From assembly GCF_009914755.1 (NCBI RefSeq), contig NC_060940.1: 64,000 bases of DNA. One strand, given 5' to 3'. The stretch is from the human T2T-CHM13v2.0 reference genome, Homo sapiens. This document shows positions 1 to 16,232 of this stretch, piece by piece; within the stretch, counting starts at the first letter, position 1, and every line of letters begins with the position of its first letter. The notes beneath the pieces were generated by a model, which saw only the letters and a program-made list of their open reading frames with translations, ran no database searches and was not told where the DNA came from. Made by a program: the position numbers and the translations under genes.

Positions 1-670
1 AGTCCTGAGAAATCAGAGAAACATGCCCCATTCACTGTCACTGAGGATCTCAAAATCTTAAGCCATAATCAACTAGAATTGGATTACAGGAATTTTGCTT
101 TAAAGAGTCATTACCCTTGATAATACCCTTTGCAGCATGCTTTATACATGTGTTATCACTTCTAATCCTCACAGCAACCCCAGGAGGTAGGTTTCCACTG
201 AGCCACGCTTTATGAATGAGGAAACAAGCTCTTAGAGGCTTAAAGACTTGCCTGAGATCACCCAACCAGGAAAGGGTAAAGGTGGGATTCTTAGTCTAAA
301 GGTTCAATCACTATAGTATACATTTTGTAAGTGGCAGGGCTAAGTCTTGAATCATTGTCTGCAAGAATCCAAACTCTCTGCAACTAATCATCAAGTAATA
401 GTACTATTTGGAAACTCGGTTTAATGCTGGTATGTAGCTTGAACTCCAATACCGCATTTTTCCCACGCAACATAAAGATATACTCTGTGTGTGAGACTAT
501 CAAAGGAGTCTTCAGTCATTCCATCCGGGACTGGAAAAGGCTTCACAAAGGAGGGGACACTGAAAATCAGTCCCAGTAATAGTCTCTACCATTTAGTGGG
601 CACTTACTGTGAGCTTGATGCTGTACCAGACTTTAATACATCATCTCATTTCACCCTTAAAACAACACTC

Positions 671-1034
671 TGTCAGCTCCATTCTGGCTGCCATAACACA
701 ACACCATCGACTGGGTGGCTTACAGATAACAGAAATGTATTTCTTACAGTTCTGGAAGCTGGAAGTCCAAGATTCGGGTGCCAACATGATCTGGTTCTGG
801 TGAGGATCTTTTTCCATGCTGCAGACAGTGATTTTCTCATTGTCTCCCCACCCAGAAAAAAGAGGGTGAGAGAGTTATTTGGGGTGCCTTTTATTCGGTC
901 ACTAATACCATTCACGAGGGCTCTACACTTATGACCTAATCACTTCCCAAAGGCCCCACCTCCGATACGATCACCTTGGGCTTTAGAATTTCAAAATATG
1001 AATTTGCAGGGGACACAAACATTCAATGCATAAT
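671..1034 (-). mobile_element. MaLR LTR (MLT1A-like)
   Basis: GGCTGCCATAACA...CTGGGTGGCTTACAGATAACAGAAATGTATTTCTTACAGTTCTGGAAGCTGGAAGTCCAAGAT ... GGGGACACAAACATTCA. Confidence 0.85.
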
Positions 1035-1064
1035 ACCCTCCAAGGTAAATTCCTGTGATGAAGA

Positions 1065-1635
1065 CTTGGTTTCCCACCCAACCACCATGTACCCCTTCCT
1101 CCTTGCTAAGACAGCTGGCATCTTCTTCATTATGCTCCATGAAGCCAGTGAACTTTGGGTGCCTTCCCAACCCATGAATCTTGACTTCTCTAAGCCAATG
1201 CCAGTGGGCTCACTGGCTTACCAAGCAATCTTCAAAGCACAAGCACATGACTCAGCTCTGGTCATTGAAATACGATGGAAATTCTGCTGCAGAACTTCTG
1301 GGAAAGCTTTGCTCACTCTGAAGAAAAAAAAAAAAAACATGACGTGGATGTTTTCTTTGTTCTGTCTGGGTGTTGTCACCTGCATATACTATCTAGATAA
1401 GCAGCCTTCATCTTAGACGATGGAGGATCCAGCCTAAGAAGAAAAGCCAGTATTCTGTAGATGTCAGCACAGAAAAACAGAGAACAAAATCAACAAAATA
1501 AAAACCTGATAACTTGGTAACATGGTTGACCTGCTGACTTAGCCAACTCTGGGACCACTGGACCCCAGCCTTTTTGTATAAGCCACTTTTAATTATGTTT
1601 TCTGTTTTCTGTAGCCAAGACCATCGTAAATAAAA
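1065..1635 (+). mobile_element. Old ERVL LTR (LTR33/LTR16-like)
   Basis: CTAAGCCAAT..., GAACTTCTGGGAAAGCTTT..., TAAGCCACTTTTAATTATGTTTTCTGTT..GTAGCCAAG layout. Confidence 0.55.
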
Positions 1636-1969
1636 ACAGGATTACTGACCCCACTTTATGGATGACCATGCTGAGACTCACAGAGACTAAGTGTCAGAAC
1701 CAGGATTCTAACTCAGGATTTCTGGCTTCTAATATTGTGGTCCTTCTGTTGCACACCACAAATGAGATGAAAGCTAAGAGGCAGAAAGTGGGGTGGGAGG
1801 GGGTTGAACAGTCCAGGCTGGGGAAATAGTATCAGAAGACTTGCAAATCAAAAGGAGAGGAGAGTGTGCTTGTGTAGAAAGAAGGCTGATCGGGCTGGTG
1901 GGGAAGGTGGATTCATTCCCAGTGGGGCTGAAATACCAAGTCAGAGTGGATTCTATTTGTTGTCACTGA

Positions 1970-2314
<345 letters not shown>

Positions 2315-2765
2315 TGATGGTGTACAACGGAAGGAACACAAGATTAGAATTCAGAAATCCTGAGTTTGAACTCTGGTTCTGACACTACTGCTTAAGCAAC
2401 GTGAATACTTTATATAGGCTGAAGGAGATGGGGTGGGGGGACCATAGGGAGCCACTGTCACAGCCCCAGTTTGAGGGATTGGCTCTAGGGCAGTGGGGGT
2501 GGGTATGGAAAGAAGGGAACAAGAGTAGAAATCACTATTGTTACACACCAATGAATTTGGTAAGTGGCTGACAGCAGTGAGTGGGAAAAAGTCAAAGTGA
2601 CCTTCCATCAACACCCCTCCATCCTACTGGGGGAAACCTTTCCTCAACTATGCTGACACTTGTTCCCTCATCAGCAGGAAGGATGATTCGTGTATGCATG
2701 TCTGTTTCAGACAATGATTTCTCCAACTCTCTATGGTCCAGGAACCCCTATCAAAAGTTCTTCTT

Positions 2766-3028
2766 GGCGGGGTGGAATGGCTCATATCTGTAATCCTAGC
2801 AATTTGGGAGGCCAACGTAAGCAGATTACCTGAGCCCAGAAGTTTAAGATTAGACTGGGCAATATGGTGAGAAACCCTGTCTTGACAAAAAATACAAAAA
2901 AAAAAAAAATAGCCAGGCATGGTGATATGCACCTGTAGTCTCAGCTACTCGGGAGGCTGAGATGAGGGGATCACTCCAGGCTCTCCAGCCTGGGTGACAG
3001 AAGGAGATCCCGTCTCAAAAAAAAAAAA
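2766..3028 (+). mobile_element. AluJ with right-arm deletion
   Basis: Alu consensus; TSD AAAAGTTCTT. Confidence 0.93.
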
Positions 3029-4406
3029 GTTCTTATGCTTGCAATGGCCTGCACATCTGCCTTGCTTATGTGTTTGATGGAGTCTTCTACCACTCCCCTG
3101 CTCTCTTACTGTGTCCAGCCCAACCCGCCTTCTTTCTGGTACTTAAACACAGCAAGAGGGTTCCCAGCTCATGGATCTTATCCTTGTTTTTCCTTCTGCC
3201 TTAAATTCAACTTCCAGGTTCCTTTAAAAGTGCTTATCTTCTCATCATGCAGGTCTCAGCTAGAATTTCACCTCCATAGAGAAGCTTCCCTTGAGGTCCT
3301 ACCTGCCTCCCCCAGAGAACTGCAGAGAGAGAAAAAGGGAAAGAGAGAGACTGATTTTGTCTTCTGCATTTGACATTATGAGAAAATCCTGGGTGCTTTA
3401 AGAATAAACATTGTGGATGATAGAACTACCAAGTGCAAAATGCCATTTCCATGTAAATGACCCAGACAAGCAAAGCACTGACTCACCCCAAGAAGAATCT
3501 ACCTGGGGGAAAAAAAAATGTTGTTTACAAGAACAATACCAGATGTTGGACTTGGAAGGCCACGTCTTGACATTTGAAGGCTACCAAGGGAGATACAGGG
3601 ACTCAAGGGCAGGCAAAGAATAAGCAGCAGAAGAGAGTTCATTTAGAAGTGACTTTACATATTAAGTTAATTCCCAGTATAATTCAAGAGTCTGATGGGG
3701 GATGGAGGAATAATGGGAAAAAAAAAAGGAGTCCTTTAAAAGTCCTGAAGAGGGAGCAAGACCTGTAATTCCATCTACAAGTAATGGTAGTTGAAATTGG
3801 TTGTCCCTGATTTGAATAATCTTGATGGCATCGGTATTTTCAATTGTGATTAGTGGTCGTAATGTGCTAATAAATAAGACGAGAGACAAGGTACAACCTT
3901 GCCTTGTCCCACAAACGAGTTGGAATTGAGACTGCTGGAGGCGGGCAGGCTCTGGACCTGAGGAGCCCCCACCAGGACAGGTGCCTAAGAACTAAAGGAT
4001 GATTTCCGTGAGATTTTGAGACAGGACACTTAGGAGAAAATTTCCTCTACTCTGAGATCAAGCCATTCTACCAAAAAATAAGGAAGCACTGGGCTTGGTT
4101 TTCCTTAGGGCAGCCCTTCCCTGGAAGAAAGTCACTCATGTCTCCCAAGCACCTCACTAGAAAGAAGCACTCAAAAAGCGCTTTTCCCATCTTGTTAACA
4201 ATATCATCCGTCCTAGAGCAAGGCATGGGCACAGTGGCCCACTGGAAGGTTCTCCTCTAAACACTTTGAAGAAATTCTCAGTGATAGGAAGTTTTTGAGG
4301 TGCTTAAGTAGGTAGGTGAGAGGTTAACTTCAGAACCAAGATGGCCAACAAGCCAGGACTCCAGCACTGGCATTATATGTGTCCCCAGTAAAATCCTAAG
4401 GGAAAC

Positions 4407-4863
4407 ATATTCATTTCCTAGGGCTCCAGGACAAAGGAGAACAAAGTAGGAGATTTAAAACAACAGAAATTTATTATCTCAAAGTTCTAGAGGCCAGGAG
4501 TCTGAAATCATGGTGTGCACAGGGCCACGCTGTCTTCTAGATTCTTCAGATTCTTGTGGGTGCTGACAACCCTTGCTGCCTAACAGATCTCTGCCTCCAC
4601 AGTCACAGGGCCATCTTCCATCTGTGTGTCTGTGTCTCCACACGGCACTCTCCTCTCCATGTGTCTGTCTCTGTGTCTCTTCCCCTCTTCAATGACATCC
4701 GTCATATTGGATTAAGGGCTCATTCTATACCAAGATGACCTCAGCTTAGCTTACATCTTAATTACTCTGCAAAGACCCTATTTCTAAATAAGGTCACACT
4801 GACAAGTACCAGGGGCTAAGATGTCAGCATGTCTTTTGGAAGAATGTAATTCAACCCACAACA
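4407..4863 (-). mobile_element. MaLR LTR (MLT1C-like)
   Basis: TTTAAAACAACAGAAATTTATT...TCTGCAAAGACCCTATTTCTAAATAAGGTCAC...AATTCAACCCACAACA. Confidence 0.85.
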
Positions 4864-4904
4864 GGCAGTAAATAGGTGTGATGAGGGGGAAAAGCCGATG
4901 GGAA

Positions 4905-4928
4905 AGACAGACAAAGAGAGAGAGAGAG

Positions 4929-4982
<54 letters not shown>

Positions 4983-5478
4983 GAAAGAAAGAGGGAAGGA
5001 AAGAAGGAAGGAAAGAAAGAAAGAAAAAGAGAAAGAAGAAAGAAAGAAAGGAAAGAAAAGAAAGAAAGAAAGAGAAAGAAGAAGAGAGGAAAGAAAGGAG
5101 GGAGAGAGGGAGGGAAGGAGGGAGAGAGAGGCAGGGAGGAAGGAAGGAAGGAAGGAAAGAAGGAAGGAAGGAAAAAGGGAGGGAGAGAAAGAAAAAGAAG
5201 GAAATAAAGCTGGTGGGAAAGAAAGAAGAGGAAGGAAGGAAGAAGGAGGTGAGAGTAAGGAAGGAAGAAGAAAGGAAGGAGGGAGGAAGGAGAAGAAGGA
5301 AGGAGAAGAAATGAGGGAGGGACGGATGCGGGTGGGAGGGAGGAAGGAAGGAAGGGAGGGAGGGAGAAGGAAGTGGGAGTAAGGAAGGAAGGAAGAAGAA
5401 AGAAAGGAGGGAGGAAGGAGAAGAAGAAAGGAGGGAGGGAGGGATGAGGAAGGAAGGAAGGAACAAAGAAAGGAAAGA
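4905..5478. repeat. GA-rich polypurine tract: (GA)n, (GAAA)n, (GGAA)n mosaic
   Basis: About 570 bp almost entirely A/G on the + strand. It is the source of the spurious K/E/R- and F/L/P/S-rich ORFs. Confidence 0.97.
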
Positions 5479-6342
5479 GATGCTGCAATATGGAAAGGAG
5501 TCTAATTTATATAAAATTTCGTGTGAACATTTACAAGTTTTTGATGACATATCTATTTCCATCAAGTAGATCAATTCAGTAACATTTCCTCCACTTTGGC
5601 AAGTCATGTGAGCCTCTGTCTACTTAGCGCTGCCCTAGGGTCCCTGATCAGAGTCATCAGGGGGATAGATACCAGCAGTGGATTCAGGCTACCCTAATTC
5701 ACTCCACCTGAGGCTTAGAAAGGTTGTCACTTAACCCAGCTCTCATTGCTGGCAAATGGCAGATGAGATTTTAATCCAAAGACATGATCTTTTCATTGTG
5801 CTGCAATACTTCCCTGAATGTTAATCTTACTGAATGAATCTGTAAATAAATTAATGAACGAACGAGTGAAGAAACTATTCAGTCGCACATGTAGTGGCCT
5901 CCAGTGCTTCTGGAGATGTTTTGGGGTCTGGAATAATACAGGAAGGTTATCTCATTCACCCATGTGATCCAGAGCTTGGTGGAAATGCAACCAGCATTCT
6001 CTGTGAGGATCCAATCTCTTCCAACGCCGAGCCACTGGATTAAAAACAGCCCTTTTGTCCCGTCTTCTTCTTCTCCCTGAAACAGATGCTGAGGCTCAGC
6101 CTTGCCCTGCAACTCATCCTAATTTGCCCCTTGTCATTCATCCACTGTGGCTGGTCCACAGTAATGTTCTACTTTTAGGACCAGAAGAACCTGGGCTGCT
6201 GTCAAGGGAAGAGACTATCAATATCAAGTTAATGTGTGTAATAGGCTGGTCACCATGTTCCTCATTAAAAGACAGCTGATACGAATAGTAGCAGAAGTAT
6301 TGGTATTCACATCAGCAAGATCATGACCATTTATTTGGTTGA

Positions 6343-6733
6343 CTGTACTAGTTTGCTAGGGCCGCCATAGCAAAGTCCAACAAGCTAGCTGGCTTAAACT
6401 GTAGAAATTTATTTGCTTACAACTCTTGAAAGCTAGAAGCCTGAGACTGAGGTGTCAGCAGGGTTGGTTCATTTTTAGGGCCATCAGAGATCTGTCTCGT
6501 GCCTCTCTCCTGAGCTTGCAGTTGTCTGTCTTCTCCCTATGTCTTCCCTCTATTTCTGTGTGCAAATTTCCTCTTTTATGAGGACACCGCCATCTTGAAT
6601 TAGCTCACCCTAATGACCTCATTTGAAATCACCTCTTTAAAGAAACTACCTCCAAATACAGTCATGTTCAAAAGTCCTGAGGATTAGGACTTGATGATAT
6701 TAGTTTGGGGAGGGTTTCAATTTATCCCACAGC
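6343..6733 (-). mobile_element. MaLR LTR (MLT1B-like)
   Basis: TGTACTAGTTTGCTAGGGCCGCCATAGCAAA...AGGTGTCAGCAGGGTTGGTTC...CCCTAATGACCTCATTT. Confidence 0.82.
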
Positions 6734-6763
6734 ACTGTTTCTACTTGCCATATGGAGACCTAA

Positions 6764-7249
<486 letters not shown>

Positions 7250-8025
7250 TAAAATTGAGGTGAATGGGGGCGGGAGGAAAAATTGTGTGCTAGACAAGGG
7301 CTAGAACATAAATAACAGAACAGAGGTATAAAGCCCATTTTTACCTCTGTTTTTGAGATTCCAGTAGTACACATTCTCCACTCCCTAGATTTGCCAAAGG
7401 AAGTACTCATTTTGGGGTGCGCCACTCAGACTATGGTTTGGAATTCAGAGCCCTAAGGGACACTAGCTGTGTCCTATTTTGAAGCACCTCTCCGTCTTTC
7501 AAGAGCGAGTCTCCTCTTTCCATGTGTCTGCTCTGGTGTATTATCAGACCCAGCTAATGGAGAGGAGTTAGCGGGAAGTGTCAGGGAGTTTTATAAAATT
7601 ATCATGTCAACTCTCTTCCTGTCAGCGTGCATAAGGGAAGAAGACAAGAAAATTATATTGTCGTTTAATAGTTCACTTTAGATCTTCATCTCTTATCACT
7701 CATCATTACTCCATATTAATTACTCTGTATTGGCAATCTCTGGCTGTCTGTTGTTCCATAAAAGATCTTACTGAGCTTGTGACTGGACAGCTTTCATTAG
7801 GAAGCAATTCGAACCACATTTAACTTGAGAAGATTAACAGATTAACTGGAACCATTACCCCACCTGCCTCTCTGCCTCCAGTGAAGGTGCAGCATGGTCT
7901 TGAATCCCGGGCATAGCCACTGCCTGATTGCATCACACTGAAAGTGTCACCTCACCTCTTTGATCCCAGTATCCCAATATGCAAAATGGGGTAGTACAAT
8001 CCTTTTTGGAGGACTATTGTAAGGC

Positions 8026-8329
<304 letters not shown>

Positions 8330-9045
8330 TAAATAAACGTAAAAATATCTGACACAGTCATTGGTACAGAGCTGGTACCAGTAAATGACACCTGTTAGTA
8401 TTTTTAGTGAGTATAAATGGAATGAGAGAAGATTCAATGGACTTACTCCAAAATGAGGCTACCTCCACTTTCAAAATACTGCCCCCTGCTCTCACTTTTC
8501 CCATCAAGAAGGGTTCAGTTCAGCTCAGCAATCATTTATCAGGAGCCTGCTAAGTGCCAGATGCAATGTCCACTCTAGGGATAGAGAGATTAACCTGGGA
8601 TATCCCTAAGTCTTTGAGCCCAGCAGCCACAGAAGTACATAGTTTCCTCTGCCTGGAACCAGAATGGGGTCACTCTCTCTGAGCTCGGTCTACATGTGCC
8701 TTTCTCTATGAAGCCTTGTGTGATGCTCCTGAGCAGCACCTGCCCTGCATCTTTACAGCTCTTATCACGGTGGTGCTCATATACTTATGATGTGACCATG
8801 GGATTGCTAGCCTCTCCTGCGGATTTACAAGCTCCCACAGGGCAGGACATTTGTTCTGTTCATTGTTGAATCCCCAGTGCCTGGTGTACTGAAAGGAGGG
8901 AGGTTTGAAAGAGCTCATGAAGAAGAGTCAAATACAAAAAAAAGAGCAAAAGGATGTAATTACACCTGAGCAGAAGCAACCCAGATACCATTAAGACATC
9001 AGCTTGTCCTCCTCTGAGCTATCAGCTTAGGAAAAGGCAGCTCTA

Positions 9046-9350
<305 letters not shown>

Positions 9351-9669
9351 GGGCAGCTCTACCTTCTATTTCTCAATTTTTCTTTTTTGGGAGAAGGTAC
9401 AAGCAGCCCCAGAGTCCCATGGAAGCAGTTTTCTCTCAATACTTGACCCACTACCTCCCCACCACCAGGAGAGAAACTCCAAGAGAGAGGGCCCTTTATT
9501 TCTCTTGTTCATTGCCATAGCTTCCATTGCTTCCATTTCCCAGCACAATGGGTACTTAGTAGTTCACAAAAAGTTGAGTGAATGGATGAATGACTAGCTC
9601 TTTACCACGGAGTCAATGGCAAACTCAACTACTTTCAGCCAAAAGAACATAAAAAAGACACTGTGCCCA

Positions 9670-9972
9670 CCCAGGAGCAGAAGCTTATGCCTGTAATCCC
9701 AGCATTTTGGGAGGCTGAGGCTGATGGATCACTTGAAGCCAGGAGTCCAAGACCAGCCTAGTCAACGTAGCAAGACTTCATCTCTACCAAAAAAAAAAAA
9801 AAAATAGCTGAGCGTAGTAGCACACATCTGTGGTCCCAGCTGCTCTGGGAGGCTGAGATGGGAGAATCATTTGAGCCCAGGAGTTGGAGGCTGCAGTGAG
9901 CTGTGATCATGTCACTGCACTCCAGCCTGAGGAACAGAGTGAGATCCTGTCAGAAAAAAAAAAAAAAAAAAA
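9670..9972 (+). mobile_element. AluJ
   Basis: Dimer; TSD AAAGACACTGTGCCCA / AAAGACGCCGTGCCCA. Confidence 0.95.
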
Positions 9973-10189
9973 GACGCCGTGCCCAAACTGGGGCTTGGCC
10001 TTTAGAGATTTGGGGAGCTTCTCCTTTGCCTGCCTTAGGGAAATCCTCACATCATGATACTCAGTCTTTTCCAGACAAACAAACTGAAGGGCAAGAAAGG
10101 ACTTCAGCATTCACCTCCATCACCCCCTCCACACAGATGAGGCACCTGAGACTCGATTCAGAGCCAAATAAGGAAGGAGAAGAAGTACA

Positions 10190-10721
<532 letters not shown>

Positions 10722-11447
10722 TCATCGCTATTGCATCAGTGCATGGGTCTTTGGAAGGGATTTTGGATGGGATTTCAACTGATTTTGGTTCAACAAACAT
10801 ATGGTAGACTCCTTCAAGTTTCCAAGCACTAGGCTTTGCCACAATGGCCACAAACAACAACAATAGTAAGAGCTACCATTTGCTGATCGCTCAAGGGTTC
10901 CAGGCACTATGCCTTGTGCTTTCAATGCATTGCTTCATTTATTCTCACAACCCTATTAACTGTGTACAATTATTAATCCTCTCTTTGTAGATGAGAAATT
11001 ATACCCCAGACAGTTAAAGTGACTCTTCTAGGGCAACACAGATAAGTAGAAGGACCAGAATTTGATCCCTGAACTCACCGAATCCAGAATCCACGCTTTT
11101 ATTCAGTACCCAGAATAAATAGACAAATAATCCAATGTAAAAAACGGTCAGTGATTTTAAAACACACTTTCCAAAAAAAAAGAAAAAGAAAAAGTGCTCA
11201 ACATTAGTCATCACTAAAACGAAAATTAAATCTAAACAAAATACCACTTTACATCCAACAGAATAAGTAATTTTTTTAAAAAAAGAAGAAAATTAATGAA
11301 ACCAAATGTTTATGAAATTAAGGAGCAACTGGAACTCTTATAAGTTGATTTAGAAATACACTGCTTATATAACTCTTTCCAAAAATGCTAACAGTTTTTC
11401 TTAAAACCATATATATACTTATTCGATGACCCAACAATTTCACTTCT

Positions 11448-11804
11448 GGCCGGGCACAGTGGCTTACCAGGCCTGTTATCCCGGCAGCGAGCTGTAATCA
11501 TATTACTGCACTCCAGCCTAAGCAACAGAGTGAGATCCTGTCAAAAAAAAAAAGAGGCCGAGGTAGGAGGATCACTTGAGTCCAGAAGTTCAAGAACAGC
11601 CTGGGAAACACAGTGAGACCACATCTCTAAAAAAAAATTTAAAAATTAGCCAGGCATGGTAGCACATACCTGTAGTTTCAGCTACTTGGTAGGCTGAGGA
11701 AAAGGAGAGCCTGAGCCCAGGAGGTTAAGGCTGCAATGAGCTGTAATCTGCACTGCACTCCAGCCTGGGTAACAGAGCAAGACACTGTTTCAAAAAAAAA
11801 AAAA
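11448..11804 (+). mobile_element. AluJ with an Alu 3'-end fragment inserted in its left arm
   Basis: An extra right-arm end plus poly(A) sits at 11487-11552 (see finding). Confidence 0.9.
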
Positions 11805-12199
11805 TCATATATATATGTATACATTTCTAAATATTTACCCAAGATAAATGAAAATACAAGTTCACAAAAAGACTTGTACAAACAATGCTCATAGCAGCTT
11901 TATTCATAATAGCTGATGACTAGAAACATCCCACGTGTCTACGTAAATAGAAGAATGAATAAGCAAACTGTGGTATATCCATACAACAGAATACTATTCA
12001 GCAATAAAAGGAAATAACCTCCTAATACATGCAACATAAATGAACCTCAAAAACATTATGTTGAGTGAGACAAGTGTTAGACAAAACAATATACATGCCA
12101 TTTCATTCATTCATGTGAAATCCTAGAACAGTGCTCTATTCCACTATGGGAAGAAAAATCAGAGCAACACTTGCCTTTGGAGAGTAGCTTGGGAACCTA

Positions 12200-12599
<400 letters not shown>

Positions 12600-13769
12600 T
12601 TATCAAAATTTGGCTAATATAAGTTTAACATTTTACTGTTTGTAAATTTTACACCAAAAGAAAAACCTGTAAAAATTTTGGAAATAAATAGTATAATCAA
12701 TATCTTTAATTACGGATTACTCAGAAAAGGGCCAATATTTTTACAGTACCTTCCATAGTGTGATGATAGACATCAAAGGACTATCCCAAAATGTCTGCAC
12801 CGACGGACCTGCAAGAATGACTACAGTTCCAGAAATAAAGATCCATCAATTTGCAGTAGCAAGCTGTAAATACCTGTACAGGAATAAAACTGTCTGCAAA
12901 CAGAGATTTCTTTCGTGACCAGCACATCTTACTGGCCCTGGGGGTTGCCCATCAACCCCCAGCCACCTTGTTTCTCTTCCTGAGCTCTTGGTATGGCTCA
13001 CGAGAGTTTCCCTGGCAGAGGCAGTCGCCTTGCCCTCTGGGTGCCCAGCCCACACCCCAAGCACCTGCTAATTGCAAGAAACAACATATGGCAGGCAGCC
13101 TGGTTGCAGACCCCGCGGCTCCCCTGGCTTGCAGCCCAACCGTGGAGGCAGGCTGCATGCTGAGCTGCTGGGATCGAAGAGGTGTCATTAGAAAATGATT
13201 CATAGCCCTCTGCCTTAATGAGGACTCACACCCGAGGGCTTCCAATTACCCAATCGATGGCTAGAGTGCTGCTCCCAGCCAGCGGCCTCTTGCTTTCCTT
13301 TCTCTTCTTTAAAAATATTTGCAAGAGGTTTCAATGAAGTCTTTCTCTCCTCTCCTTGGCCAACCCAAGCCCAGGGAGGAAACTAACCCAGACAACCATC
13401 CCAGGAAGTTCCCTGGGACAGACTGATGAATCCTGCATGGCTCAGCCTAGAAAACAGAAAACTCCACATGAATTCCCCACCTAGACAGGGCCAGATCTGG
13501 GAGGTGACATGTGAGCTCAAAGACTGGGAAAACAGCAATGTGCAAGGGATCAAATGTCCTGATGTTGGAAATATCTTGGCACATTTGAGGACTTGTGAGA
13601 GGACAGTTGTGAGCCAGGAGAAAGTGGAGAGAAATGATGCTGGAGAGATGGACATTAGCTAAGAGTGAGCTGAGGGAAGAAAATACAAGAGCCTTAGACT
13701 CAGTCTGGACATAGATCCCTGTTCCCCAACTCCCTGTGTGCATAATATCTGCATGGTGAAAATTACTAG

Positions 13770-13908
13770 GTGTCCACCAAAATTCATCATTCTCTTCTGT
13801 AATAACGATATATTTATAGCTGTGATATAGCTGCCCAGTCTGAAACTCACTATTTTCTAGTCTTCCCTGAAAATAGACGGAAGATCTTGCCCAAAGGATG
13901 TAAGTGAA

Positions 13909-13944
<36 letters not shown>

Positions 13945-14221
13945 CATGTGCATGTACAACTTCCAAGCCTGGCCCATAAAATCTTGCATGTGTGATCATC
14001 CTGTATTTATAATTTACTACTTACTGGGAATAACAGTATGACCCTACTGGATGCCACAGCCATTGGTAAATGTAAAGAACTGAGACCAACAATGACTGAG
14101 TGGAGCCCAGTACCTACCTTCCTGGACTCTATCAGCAGAGAGAATCAAACTTCTTTGTTCTTTAAGCCTCTTAATTTGGCAGGTTTCTCCATTGTACCAG
14201 CTTAGCCTAATCTGGGTAACA
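13770..14221 (+). mobile_element. Old MaLR LTR (MLT1I/J-like) containing (TG)n
   Basis: GCTGCCCAG...CTATTTTCTAG...ATGTAAGTGAAA and 3' end CTTCTTTGTTCTTTAAGCCTC. Confidence 0.55.
13911..13945. repeat. (TG)n microsatellite
   Basis: Read directly from sequence. Confidence 0.95.
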
Positions 14222-16232
14222 TTATTTGGGAAATATTTTATTATCTGTGTATTTCAATTCCTCATCTGCAAAGAATAATTTCTTCCTCTCAAGACTTTTA
14301 TGAAAAGTAAGTGAGCAGACATCAAGATGCCCAGACATCAAAGGGTCTCGGTAGGACGTCTTCCTGTCCACGCCTCTGGCCACAGCAATTTCTACGCAGG
14401 ACTCTGGTGTGTGACTACACCCTCTTCTCCAACTTCGCACCCTAATACCTGTTCCATAGTTGCTTCTTCTGGCTTATTGCAATGGAGGCAGGGCCTGTCA
14501 TCTCGCACAGAATTCTGCATCTTGCTGTCACCTGTTTTTCGGCTGTCCACAGTGACAGCCAGACGATGGATCTCTTTGTTCTAGTACTGCTGTCTCTCAA
14601 AGGCTCAGAACTCTTTGTTGATTTCTTTTTACTGCTGCGTGCTGGAAGTCAAGTGGAAGTCACACAACTTTGGAGGACTGCCTCACAAGTCACTTTGGAA
14701 ACTCACCTGTAGCTCAGCCTAATGCGGTAAAAAATAAAATGTGCGGAGAGGATAGAATTGTTGACAGTTGACACCAAAAGATTCCTATTAGAACATCTCT
14801 TCCAACCCTTTGGCAATACAGATGAGGAAACTAAGAAGCAAATATGAGAAAACTATCCCAAGGTCACACAGAAAATTAAGCAATATAAGTGCAGAAGCAA
14901 TCAAAATCAGATGTCACCAACTTTTTCATTTTTAGGGCTTCAACAAATGCTGATTCACACAAAATACCTCTATAAGACAAGTAAGAGTTGGGCTGATGAG
15001 ACCAGCTCCCCTAATTTAAAGAGAGAATAAGCCCTACTTCTTTTGTGAGGAGCGTTATTTCTGGGGTACCTGTGTATCTAAAATCCAGTTTCAACAATTT
15101 CTAGAAATTAGCCCTCCTGGATGTTTACATAATAAACATCTTTTAGTCCCTCCCTCCTCTGTGCCAGGCACTGTGCACAATACTTGAGATTCACTGGAGA
15201 AAAGAACTAGAAATCGTCTCAGCCTTGAAGGACTCATGGCTAAGAAGAAAGCAAAGAATCACACAATTATTAATAGAAAGTACTTCTAGGGGTAAGTATA
15301 TAGAACAATGGGAATTTACAAAAAGAGGAACTGAGAAGGTTTTGGAGGCAGAGAAGCCTTTCCTAAAGAAGAGGGCTTTTGAGCTGGGAGGGCACTGCAT
15401 GATCCATTTCTTAGCCTCACATTCACTCATTTATCCACTCAGTCACTCAACAAGTACTGATCAATTGCTTACTGAATACCAGGCCCCATGCAAGGCATAG
15501 GAGATACTGCATTGAACAAGACAAATCAACATCCTGCCATGATGGTTTTACACTCTTGCCATATCTGACTCTTAATTTCTAGCCTGCCTCCGACTGCTAT
15601 GGCCAGGTTCTTCTATCATCTCATCTCTCAGGATTGGGTGACATCTGATTATATTCCTAACCATTATCAGCTTGTCTCGGCATCAGATATGCTTGCTGCA
15701 TTAGACCAGCTCCCCAATGTAAATATCCTAAGAAAAGGCAACTTTGCACTACAGTGTGAATGACTGATACCTAGATTGTGTGAAGCATGGCTGGAGGAAC
15801 TGGGAGTGCCTTTCCTGAAGAAGGGAAAACTCAACTATGCGGGGTCAATGAGTTCAAATATGTTAATGGCTGTTTGGGAGAACAGAGCTCAAATGTAGTC
15901 TATAAGGTAAAAGGAACATGGAGAGATTTCAACATCACACCACTTAGAGTTGTCTGCCAATGAAAAGGACTTCTTCCAAAGGTAGTGAGCTCCTCCTCAC
16001 TGATGATATTTAGGCAGAAGCTAGATGGACACTTATTGAGACTGGATGGCAAGACAATTTCTATGTGTCCTTCAGACTCTTAGAATTTATTATTCTATCA
16101 TTGCATTCTTAACTTAAGTTCAAAATTAGATTCTTTTAAAAAAAAAAGAGAGAGAGAGAAAGAAAGATAGAAAAACAGAGTCTTCTCACTTCCAAGATCA
16201 GGTTTTAGAAAATTAAAATATTTTTAAAAATT

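Noticed and set aside
4784-5607. Long ORFs (234 and 263 aa; also K/E/R-rich ORFs)
   Set aside because: Translations of the GA-rich simple repeat, which lacks stop codons by composition.
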